From Candidatus Azotimanducaceae bacterium (GTDB lineage: Bacteria > Pseudomonadota > Gammaproteobacteria > Pseudomonadales > Azotimanducaceae): a stretch of 32,000 nucleotides of DNA. The notes beneath the pieces are model-generated. The model saw only the letters and a program-made list of their open reading frames with translations. It did not search any database and had not been told where the DNA came from. Location of the stretch: positions 5,640,694 through 5,672,693 of the forward strand of contig OZ245781.1 of the NCBI GenBank assembly GCA_965227885.1, read 5' to 3'. Within the stretch, counting starts at the first letter, position 1, and the number at the start of each line of letters is the position of its first letter. Positions 14,681-23,500 of this stretch are shown piece after piece. A program made the translations under genes and the position numbers.

Positions 14681-17185
14681 TTGGCAAATCAGGCAAATCC
14701 GCAGCTGTCGACCTATCGGGACAAGCGTGACCCCACGCAAACCCCCGAGCCGTTCGGGCGGATACACATCCCTGCCACCGGCAAACTCTTTGTCGTGCAG
14801 CAACATGCCGCTTCGCACCTGCACTTTGATCTGCGGCTGGAGCTGGGTGGTGTGCTGAAGTCCTGGGCAGTACCCAAGGGGCCCTCGGACGACCCTGCGG
14901 ACAAACGTTTTGCCGTGGAGACCGAGGACCATCCGCTCGACTACGCAGATTTTGAGGGTGAGATCCCTGCAGGTAACTACGGCGCGGGACAGGTGATCGT
15001 GTGGGACCGCGGCACCTATGTAGCCAACGAACCCTTCGAGCGCGGCTTTGAGCGCGGCAAATTGTTGTTTGAGTTGAAGGGTCACAAGTTGAAAGGCACC
15101 TGGACCCTGGTGCGTTTAAAAACCAAGGACAGCACCGGCAAAGAATGGCTCCTGATCAAAGAGAGCGACGCCTACACCTCGGATAACGGCCCCACTTACC
15201 AGCATCATTCTGTACTGAGCGGTCTCACCGTTGAGCAGTTGCTGAAACCTGCAGGCAAAACCGGTGCGCTCACGAGAGCACTCAAAAAACTACCCGGCAT
15301 CAAGCAAGCGCCTATCGCCAAGGTCTCTACCAAACCCATGCTCGCCACCGCGGGCGAACCCAACGTGCGCAAAGGCTGGATCTGGGAACTGAAATACGAC
15401 GGTTATCGCATACTGGCAAAAAAGGCCCACGGCGAAATCACACTGATCACCCGCAATGGCCTGAACCTGAGTGATCGCTTTCCAGAGATCTGCCAGGTGT
15501 TGGCGCATCTACCTGCCGAAGAATTCATTCTTGACGGCGAACTGGTGGTTAACAATCATCTGGGACGCCCTTCATTTGCGCTGATGCAGCAGCGGGCAAG
15601 ATCCACCTCTGCACACCTCGTCTCAGCTGCTGCCATTGAGCTGCCGGCCAGTTACTACGCGTTCGACCTGCTCTATCTCGAGGGTGTCGATCTGCGCGGG
15701 TGCAAGCTCACCGACCGGAAAAAGATACTCAAGACTCTGCTGCCACCGCAGTCGGCGCTCATCTACTCAGAACATATAGAGGGTAAGGGACCGGAGACCT
15801 ACAAGACCGCCAAAGAGATCGGCGTTGAGGGTGTGGTGGGCAAACGCGGGGATGGTAAATATCAACACGGTCGCAGCCAGGATTGGGTGAAGGTACGCCA
15901 TAACCGCACCACCGAGTTTGTGGTGGTCGGTTGGTCTGGCAGCCGCTCGAACACGAAGGATATCGGCTCGCTGGCCCTCGCTGAGTATCGAGGTGCCAAG
16001 CTAAGTTTCGTCGGCAACGCCGGTTCTGGACTATCAGGCGCCCTGCGTGAACGCCTGGCAAAAGCATTGAAGCCCCTTGCACGCAAATCCACTCCTCTCG
16101 ATGAAATGCCGGAGCTGACAAAAGAAGTTCACTGGGTGCGTCCCAAGCTGGTGGTGGAAGTCGCCTATGCCGAGTACACGCCCTACGGGCACCTTCGCCA
16201 CCCCAGCATCCAGCGACTGCGTGAGGACAAGGAACCCCAAGAATGTATCGGGCTTTTCGACAGCGTGGAAACCACCGAGATTGCGGCTCCCGCACCCGAA
16301 AAGGTGGTGGTTACCAACCCCGACAAAATGTTCTTTCCCGAGCCCGGCTACGTGAAGTCTGATCTGGTGGACTACTACCGGGGTATTGGCAAGTGGATGC
16401 TACCCCACCTGGCAGATCGTCCAATTGTGATGACCCGCTACCCTGATGGTGTAGACGGAAAATCTTTTTACCAGCGAGACGTGCCGGACTATGTACCGGA
16501 TTGGTTGCGGCGTGAGGTGCTGTGGAGCGAATCCACCGAGCGCGAAGTGCACTACTTTATTCTCCGCACCGACGAAGACCTGGCCTATCTCGCCAACATG
16601 GGCACCATCCCCATCCACATGTGGCACGCCACCATCAACGACCTGGATCATCCTGATTGGTGCGTGTTGGATCTCGACCCAAAGAGCGCGCCCTTCAGCG
16701 ATGTGATCACGCTTGCACTTGCTATTGGCGAGCTCTGCGATGAGGTGGGCTTGCCCGCCTATCCCAAAACCAGCGGCGCCAGCGGTTTACATGTGCTCAT
16801 CCCGCTCGCGCGGCAGCTTACCCATGATCAGTCACAGACTCTGGGAGAACTTCTGGCCAAGGTGATCGTGGACCGGTATCCGGAGATCGCAACCATCACC
16901 CGTCAGGTGCGCGCTCGGGGTAGCAAAGTCTATGTGGATTACCTGCAGAACGGGCACGGACGTTTGATTGTGGCTCCGTTTTCAGCCCGCGCGGAGCAAG
17001 CAGGCAGCGTCTCCATGCCTTTGAAATGGTCCGAAGTGAACAAAGGACTGGCCAACCACAAATATCATCTCGGTAACGCCGTCGCACGCATGAAGCGGTT
17101 AAAAGAAGACCCCACCGCCAATATGCTGACCGATGAACCGGACCTTCTGGCCGCGCTCGCGAACTTAAGCGAGATACTCGACTGA
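14681..17185 (+). CDS. ligD: ATP-dependent DNA ligase D, three-domain form (phosphoesterase - ligase - polymerase/primase)
   Basis: PE domain: YRDKRDPTQTPEP...FVVQQHAASHLHFDLRLELGGVLKSWAVPKGPS. Ligase domain: adenylation motif ELKYDGYR. Pol domain: VTNPDKMFFPEPGYVKSDLVDYY...IVMTRYPDGVDGKSFYQRD...KTSGASGLHV. The only in-frame start upstream of the PE motif is TTG at 14681, 10 nt after AGGAG. Confidence 0.95.
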   Translation: MANQANPQLSTYRDKRDPTQTPEPFGRIHIPATGKLFVVQQHAASHLHFDLRLELGGVLKSWAVPKGPSDDPADKRFAVETEDHPLDYADFEGEIPAGNYGAGQVIVWDRGTYVANEPFERGFERGKLLFELKGHKLKGTWTLVRLKTKDSTGKEWLLIKESDAYTSDNGPTYQHHSVLSGLTVEQLLKPAGKTGALTRALKKLPGIKQAPIAKVSTKPMLATAGEPNVRKGWIWELKYDGYRILAKKAHGEITLITRNGLNLSDRFPEICQVLAHLPAEEFILDGELVVNNHLGRPSFALMQQRARSTSAHLVSAAAIELPASYYAFDLLYLEGVDLRGCKLTDRKKILKTLLPPQSALIYSEHIEGKGPETYKTAKEIGVEGVVGKRGDGKYQHGRSQDWVKVRHNRTTEFVVVGWSGSRSNTKDIGSLALAEYRGAKLSFVGNAGSGLSGALRERLAKALKPLARKSTPLDEMPELTKEVHWVRPKLVVEVAYAEYTPYGHLRHPSIQRLREDKEPQECIGLFDSVETTEIAAPAPEKVVVTNPDKMFFPEPGYVKSDLVDYYRGIGKWMLPHLADRPIVMTRYPDGVDGKSFYQRDVPDYVPDWLRREVLWSESTEREVHYFILRTDEDLAYLANMGTIPIHMWHATINDLDHPDWCVLDLDPKSAPFSDVITLALAIGELCDEVGLPAYPKTSGASGLHVLIPLARQLTHDQSQTLGELLAKVIVDRYPEIATITRQVRARGSKVYVDYLQNGHGRLIVAPFSARAEQAGSVSMPLKWSEVNKGLANHKYHLGNAVARMKRLKEDPTANMLTDEPDLLAALANLSEILD

Positions 17186-17255
17186 TTTGCGTTCTGGCCC
17201 AGGCTGCTGTTCGCCAGTTACAATGGTGCCATGATGTATGTGATGAGCTTCTATC

Positions 17256-18038
17256 GTGTCCGGCCGCAAGCGCCGGACCAAAAGACGCGCTGAACTTTCC
17301 CAACACTTTCTACTTGCCGCACCTGCTGCAAGCCTTGTTCAAGCGACGTCTGTCTCTTCGTCTGATCTTGTTGTCGAGATTGGCCCAGGCCGTGGTGCGC
17401 TGACAAAACCGCTCCTGAAACGTGCAGGGCGCGTAATCGGCGTAGAACTGGATAAATACCTCGCAACGCGGCTGGCAGAAGATCTCGTGAAGGCCGACAT
17501 TGTGCACGCGGACTTTTTAGACTTCCCCCTGCCCCAAGGTGACTATTCTGTTGTCGGCAATGTGCCCTACTCGCGTACGACGGAAATCATCGCAAAGCTC
17601 GTCACCGCACCCAATCCGCCCAGGGACGCGTGGCTGGTGGTTCAGCGCGAGCTTGCGCAGCGGATGTGCGGACCTCCCTACGGTAATGAAACATTATGGT
17701 CGCTGCGCTTAAAGCCCGGTTGGCATGTGGAGGTACTGGCACGACCTCGAAAGACAGATTTCAGCCCCCCGCCGTCGGTGGAATCTGCATTTCTGCACTT
17801 GAGCCATCGTGCCCGACCGCTAATCAACGTTGCTCAGCAAGGCGCCTTTGAGTCCTTGATCAGGGAGGCCTACGAGCATCGAGGATCGATCTCTTCAGCG
17901 CTGCGCAGCACTCTGAGCAAGCCGCAGATTCGCCGACTTGGCACGGACCTTCATTTTCAGCCAGATAGCCCGTCTGGCAGCCTCTCCTTCGAGCAATGGC
18001 TCGGCATTTTCCGCTGGATACAGCAACGCAACGCGTGA
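17256..18038 (+). CDS. rRNA adenine N6-methyltransferase, Erm/KsgA superfamily (Erm-like size and layout)
   Basis: 260 aa. LSQHFL corresponds to GQNFL, and VVEIGPGRGALTKPL is SAM motif I. Also present are VIGVELD, HADFLDFPLP, VVGNVPYSRTTEII (the NxPY catalytic motif) and AWLVVQRELAQRM. The GTG start is the first start after an in-frame TGA at 17244-17246. Confidence 0.65.
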   Translation: MSGRKRRTKRRAELSQHFLLAAPAASLVQATSVSSSDLVVEIGPGRGALTKPLLKRAGRVIGVELDKYLATRLAEDLVKADIVHADFLDFPLPQGDYSVVGNVPYSRTTEIIAKLVTAPNPPRDAWLVVQRELAQRMCGPPYGNETLWSLRLKPGWHVEVLARPRKTDFSPPPSVESAFLHLSHRARPLINVAQQGAFESLIREAYEHRGSISSALRSTLSKPQIRRLGTDLHFQPDSPSGSLSFEQWLGIFRWIQQRNA

Positions 18039-19207
18039 TTTCGCTACTGGCACTTAGGCGCGTGTTGGTCCAAGATCCGCTTTTAAGAGAACAGAGAAAC
18101 GTAAGGTTTCGGGAAAATTCATTGGAAGCTGGCCTTGAGGGCAGTCTGACCCTATTGATCGTCTTTGCGGCGGTCTCCATTGTGTTTTCATTCCTGTGTT
18201 CTATTGCCGAAGCGGTGCTGCTCTCCGTATCGCCCTCATACCCCGATGCAATCAAAGAAGCACACCCGAAAGGGGCAAAATCACTCAGTGGACTGAAGAA
18301 CAATATCGACCGTCCTCTGGCCGCCATTCTCACGCTGAACACGCTGGCCCATACGGCGGGTGCAATCGGCGTGGGGGCCGAAGCCGGTCAGATCTGGGGC
18401 AGCATCGGCGTTGGTGTTGCGTCTGCGATCATGACCATCCTGATTCTGATCGCCTCGGAGATTATCCCCAAAACCATCGGTGCCGTGTACTGGCGTCAAC
18501 TGGCAGTGCCCGTTGCCTTCAGCGTGGATCTGCTGATCAAGCTCGTCTACCCGATTGTCTGGTTTGCAGAACTCACTACCCGTGCATTTGCAAAAACAGA
18601 TGCGGACCCGATCACCCGCGATGAAATTGCTGCCGTGGCTGAGATGAGCAAGGACTCTGGCGAACTCAGGGTGATGGAAAACCGCATCCTCAAAAACCTG
18701 TTGCAACTCGACACGCTGAAAGTAAACGACATCATGACGCCCCGGACGGTGATCATCGCGGCACCCGAAACGATGTCTGTGCAGGATTTTCTGAAATCTT
18801 ATCCGCACGTGCCGGTCTCGCGGATTCCGATCTACGACGGCACCATCGACAAAATTACCGGCTTTGCGTTGAAGTCGGATATCCTGCTGGCGCAAGCCAG
18901 CGGCGAACCGAACAAGAAGCTGGCGAAGCTACGACGCGAGCTCAGCGCGATTCCCGCTACCGCATCGTTGAACACAATGTTCGAACACTTCATGGAGCGA
19001 CGGGATCACCTGGCGCTGGTCGTAGATGAGTACGGCGGGACTGACGGCCTGGTCAGCATGGAAGATCTGATTGAGACGCTGCTCGGGATCGAGATTGTCG
19101 ACGAGGCAGACGTTGAAGAAGACATGCAGAAGCTCGCGCGCAAGCACTGGGAGCGACGCGCAAAAGCACTGGGGCTTGAACTGAGTCCAGATGGGGCTGG
19201 GGAATAG
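17996..19207 (+). CDS. CNNM/DUF21 transmembrane domain plus CBS-pair protein (hemolysin/CorC-related putative ion transporter)
   Basis: A hydrophobic DUF21-type N-terminal half (LTLLIVFAAVSIVFSFLCSIAEAVLLSVS, PLAAILTLNTLAHTAGAIGVG, SEIIPKTIG) is followed by two CBS motifs (VNDIMTPRTVII..., HLALVVDEYGGTDGLVSMEDLIETLLGIEIVDE). The start is uncertain: ATG at 17996 overlaps the upstream gene by 43 nt. In-frame GTG 18062 or TTG 18122 are alternatives. Confidence 0.8.
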   Translation: MARHFPLDTATQRVISLLALRRVLVQDPLLREQRNVRFRENSLEAGLEGSLTLLIVFAAVSIVFSFLCSIAEAVLLSVSPSYPDAIKEAHPKGAKSLSGLKNNIDRPLAAILTLNTLAHTAGAIGVGAEAGQIWGSIGVGVASAIMTILILIASEIIPKTIGAVYWRQLAVPVAFSVDLLIKLVYPIVWFAELTTRAFAKTDADPITRDEIAAVAEMSKDSGELRVMENRILKNLLQLDTLKVNDIMTPRTVIIAAPETMSVQDFLKSYPHVPVSRIPIYDGTIDKITGFALKSDILLAQASGEPNKKLAKLRRELSAIPATASLNTMFEHFMERRDHLALVVDEYGGTDGLVSMEDLIETLLGIEIVDEADVEEDMQKLARKHWERRAKALGLELSPDGAGE

Positions 19208-19304
19208 CAGATTAGCGTTCGCTATAAAGTCAATTTGAAGCCTTGATAGCGTCACACACAGACACTAGGTAGGTGTCCCAGAAGCCCCCACCAAAAATCC
19301 TTAC

Positions 19305-19919
19305 CTAGCTCGATTCTAAGAACTCTTGCGCGAGAAAGAAGCCCGCATCTGCTGCCTCTCTAATCAGCGCCATCCCCGCGGCACGACTTTGATCGAGGAT
19401 CTGGTTGCCTTTTACAAACATCGCCTCAGGGTGCTTGGACACAACAGCGCGGTCTAACCACTTTTCGTACTCCTCGTGATTTTCCTCAAGCCCGCACCAA
19501 CCATATTGGTATTGAGTGGCTAAATGGAATTGAGCCTCTGCGTGTCCTCCCTGCGCTGCAGCGCGTATGAGTGAAATCGCTTTTGTTTCGTCGATGTTGG
19601 TGTGATTTCCATACTGATAAATCTTGCCAAGTGCCAAAGATGCATTCAAATCGCCTTGTTTAGACTGTTTGTCTAGAAGCACCCTTTGCCTTCTAAACCA
19701 GAATTCAGAAGTTGAAATACTAGTCTGTACTCCGTCTCCAGTACTATAAATCAGACCTAAATAAACGCACGCCTGAGCTTCCCCATGATCCGCTAGTTCA
19801 CGAAACATTTCGATCGCGCGCTTCATCTCATCTCGCTCATAAGCCTGTACCGCACGATCAAACGAGGCTTTGAGCTCACTGTCGCTAGTAACAGACAAGG
19901 GAATTAGAGGGACGTACAC
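19305..19919 (-). CDS. Sel1-like repeat (SLR) protein, no signal peptide
   Basis: Repeated A-x-x-W/Y-x-x-A-A-x-x-G-x-x-x-A-Q-type units are present (HGEAQACVYLGLIYSTGDGV; GDLNASLALGKIYQYGN; ISLIRAAAQGGHAEAQFHLATQYQYG; GMALIREAADAGFFLAQEFL). GTG start with AAGGA upstream. The sequence is visibly more AT-rich than the flanking core genes. Confidence 0.8.
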   Translation of the reverse strand: MYVPLIPLSVTSDSELKASFDRAVQAYERDEMKRAIEMFRELADHGEAQACVYLGLIYSTGDGVQTSISTSEFWFRRQRVLLDKQSKQGDLNASLALGKIYQYGNHTNIDETKAISLIRAAAQGGHAEAQFHLATQYQYGWCGLEENHEEYEKWLDRAVVSKHPEAMFVKGNQILDQSRAAGMALIREAADAGFFLAQEFLESS

Positions 19920-19957
19920 TTCCGTCCTTACACTTGATCATCCGACCAGAAATCGTC

Positions 19958-20509
19958 TCACCAACCATATAGCTCTACGTTACCTTTTTCGTCTTCTACT
20001 TGATGCGTGATTCCCTCAAACAGGACGTAGTCGACGCGTAACAACCCTAAATCTTCATATTGCTTGTCCGCCACGTGAAATAAGGCAATGGAGCCTCGCC
20101 CATAGTGAGCGATCACCTTCAAAAGCCCTAGGTCCGTCAATCGCTCCACTACTTCTATTCTTTCTGGCGTCCCTATCGAGCAAGGCAACAACCCTCGCAA
20201 CTTTTCGTAATATCTCGATGGCTCAGTAGCGTCAGACAATAGAGTTTTCTTGCAGTGATGCTCGTGTAAATAAGATTGGCTTGCAGCTACTTTGATACCG
20301 CTAGATTCCAAGCAAACTGATAACTGGGTTAGCCATTCTTTGTCGTTTCCGACACCGGAGTACATTTGTTGATGAGCAATCGTTGGTGCTGTAGGTCCTA
20401 ACAATGTAGCCAGAAACTTCTCAGCGTTGACTCTGACCTCCTCTTCAGAGTACTTTTCGGCCCATAGGCTAATCGGTAACATCGCAATCACGAACACTAC
20501 CAACCTCAT
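19958..20509 (-). CDS. Hypothetical exported protein, candidate cognate immunity protein for the RHS C-terminal toxin
   Basis: Its ATG overlaps the RHS stop codon (ATGA at 20506-20509). N-terminal signal peptide MRLVVFVIAMLPISLWAEK. The gene is AT-rich. I recognise no family. Confidence 0.6.
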   Translation of the reverse strand: MRLVVFVIAMLPISLWAEKYSEEEVRVNAEKFLATLLGPTAPTIAHQQMYSGVGNDKEWLTQLSVCLESSGIKVAASQSYLHEHHCKKTLLSDATEPSRYYEKLRGLLPCSIGTPERIEVVERLTDLGLLKVIAHYGRGSIALFHVADKQYEDLGLLRVDYVLFEGITHQVEDEKGNVELYGW

Positions 20510-23500
20510 TGGACTATCACCGGCAACGGATTGGTAGGAGATGGGTTGTACTGTTTTAACCGTTGCAAGAATGGTCCAGTGTTCGGGTCAGAGAGACCAA
20601 TGCACCCGATTGTTCCAGGCGCATTGCCATCTGCATGTAACCCACACCTTCCTGTTCCCCCCTGACTGGCTAGCGTGCACCGTGGCTGACCAGTAGTCGG
20701 GTCTATCGGAACCGGAAAGTGCGGCACAAGAGGCGAAAACCAACAGTTTCCCGTTCGATCGCAATAGGCCGATTGAGCTGGCGTTACTGGCGGTGCAGTA
20801 ATCGTGTAAATGCCGTCAGGAGTTGGACCATTTAACAGGTTTGGATTTGGTTGACTAGGAATTCCACTATTCGCCGGATAAACGGTGACGTTTTGCCCTT
20901 CTTCACCTGATACCCAGCTGAGCTGCTGCTTCGAGCGATCATAAACCAAGTACTCAACAAGACCGTAGATATCCATTCGGCTTAGCGGATTTCCGATAAC
21001 ATAGCTATACCGATTAAGCCCCCCGTTGAGGCCAATCGGATCACTCTGCGTATACCTACCAAGTGGAGCGTCATACGTCCTAAAGTAGTTGTAATACTGT
21101 CCAGTTTCCATATCGAAATACTGGCCTGGAAATCTCAGATTAACTGTGACATCCGTCATATCTCCATCGGGATCTTCATTCGGCGCAGCCGCTCCAAACG
21201 GATCGCTATCCCATCGCCACACAATGGTGCCGTTAGAGTTCGTCCCTAGCCGTGGCGTACCTAAGTGGTCCGCGTGCAACCAGGTCGTGATACCGCCCTC
21301 AATTTGTGCCAGTGGCACACCATCAATATAGACATACTCTTTCAAGGCAGTACCGTTGTTGTACTCCCCAATCAACGTACCGCTCTGATCAAACACATAG
21401 TCGATATCTGAGCCACTGGCGACCTTGTTCACCCGCTGCCCAAGAGCGTTGTAGACATAGGTAGCCGTGAGCGTGCTGTTGTCGGTGACCGTTGCAACTC
21501 GGCCCATCTGATCATAGGTATAGGTCCGGCTACCGCCGCCATCGGTCAAGCGGTTACCAGCTGAATCATATGTGAGTGCGGCACCAGATTGAGATACCAA
21601 TCGATTGTCGTTCGCACCGTAGGTGTGGCTTTGCGTAATGCCACTCTGTGTTTCACTCAATCGATTGCCGACGGCATCGTATGTGTAGGTAACTTGAGCA
21701 GACCCTGGAAGTGTGTAGTCGTCCAATCGATCCAGATTGTCGTATCCAAACGCTTCGTTGCCACCAGGCTTGCTGAGCTGAGTGATGTTACTCACCGCAT
21801 CATAGGTGTATGCCCAAGATTCATTGAGACCACTGCTCGCCACTGTTTGGAGGTACGGCGCCAACGCTTTGGTCTGGCGCCACCATGTCTCGTCCTCTTT
21901 GAGGAAGACACTGACCGAATCCTTCGTACGGAGCGCACGCACCGCTGTTGCTGCTAAACGTTCGTTTGTCATCGGCTGAAGCACGGGGACACCATCGGGA
22001 TCCAGTTGATAGAGCGAGAACTGCTGAGCAGGCTCGTCGTAGAGTGCAATCAGTGTCCCTGGTGTTAGCCACCGGTCCAGGTTGTTAGGCAGCTGCTTGC
22101 CTTTCACTTGCACCACCGGCGGTGGTTCTTCGCCCTGTCGGATGCGCTGGCGAATATCGGATACACTGAGCGCATGATGGAAGAATGCTACTTCGTCAAC
22201 GTTTCCGTCCACGGGTTTGCTGCTGTAGCCCATCAGATAAAAATCAGTGGTCACTGAGTGAGCGTTGACTGTTGGCAATGTAAGAGAACTGTCCAAATCT
22301 CCATCAATCCAGATTTCCAACTTGCTGCCGCGTCGGACAAACGCACAGTGGCGCCATGTATTGTCATCCAGATTGTTTGCGTTTGAGCAGAGTCGATATC
22401 CTGAAAGGTTGGCGTCACGGAAGGTGAGATGTCCTACATTGGTCGTAGTGTCGCATCGGTTAATGAAAAGGTATGGACCCCAACTGCCATTGCGAATACC
22501 GCCAAAGTTGCGGTTCGAGCTGGTATTAAATTTGAAATACCCTTCGATGGTGTAGTCCGCTGAAGGAGACAGAGCGGGATCGTTCGGCACCTGGATCCAA
22601 GCACCATTGAATAACACACTTTCACCGGTCGTGATCGCACCTGCCTGGGCTTGGGTGTACGTCCCATAATAAGAACCATTGTGGTTATTGCCAGATACAT
22701 CCGACACCGTGCTTGTGACGTCATCCATTGGCCAATGAGTGATTGGAGTGTCAGCTGCAATACTGGCCGCATAGCCAAGTGGATTCAGTCGCGGGTCTGT
22801 ACCGGCGACGTATTCGTCATAGGCTGTGGCGCCGTCGCCATCAACATCTGACGTAGCGTCATTGGCATCCTCGGGGTCATGAAAAGTGGCTATCTCGTGA
22901 TGAGTAGGCACACCGTCATTGTCTTTGTCACCCATACTCATAAAGCGAGCGACGATTTCTCCCTGGGTAAGGGAACGGGACGTCAACGCCACGCTGTCCA
23001 TGGTGCCCTCCACATCCCACGAGTGGTAGTAGTGATCCATGATGTTGAGCGGCGCGTAATTCACTAAGGACGGTCCCGCGTAGGGCTGCGCATCCTGAAG
23101 CTCTCCGTCTACCCAAAGCTCAAGATTACCGCCGCGTCTTGTTGCTACAACGTAGTGCCACTCTCCACGAGCAAGATCATCGCTTTTGGAATACACGTTG
23201 AACTGATTGTCCTCCACAAACTTGATCTTTCCTGAGCCTGTGGTACGAATCTGCCAACCGTTATGCGTCATCAAGTTTTTCATGCCCACCAACAAACCAG
23301 TGCCTTTGGTGGTCCACTTCGCGAGAAATTCGACCGAATAGTCCCCAGAGAAGGCGAAGCGACTGTCGTAAGCCACCGAGACCTTACCGTTATCAAAATC
23401 GACCGCAGAACCCGTTGGGAGCGGGCTGGACGAGCTAAGCGTATGTGTACCTTGATAGGAACCATCCAGGTTGTTCGACGTTTCATCGGTTGCTGTGCTA

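Noticed and set aside
14621-16295. Minus-strand ORFs of 154 aa (14621..15085) and 178 aa (15759..16295) within ligD
   Set aside because: Both are Arg/Pro/Cys-rich antisense translations with no motifs. The LigD frame is continuous and motif-rich over the same DNA.
19255-19295. Weak resemblance of GGTAGGTGTCCCAGAAGCCCCCA to the tRNA-Arg 3' region (GGTAGGACTCGAACCTACAACCCCCA) as a possible distal att repeat of the island
   Set aside because: Only the two 6-nt ends match and the middle differs in sequence and length. This is compatible with chance. A 5-6-bp hairpin here also lacks a T-tract, so it is not a convincing terminator.
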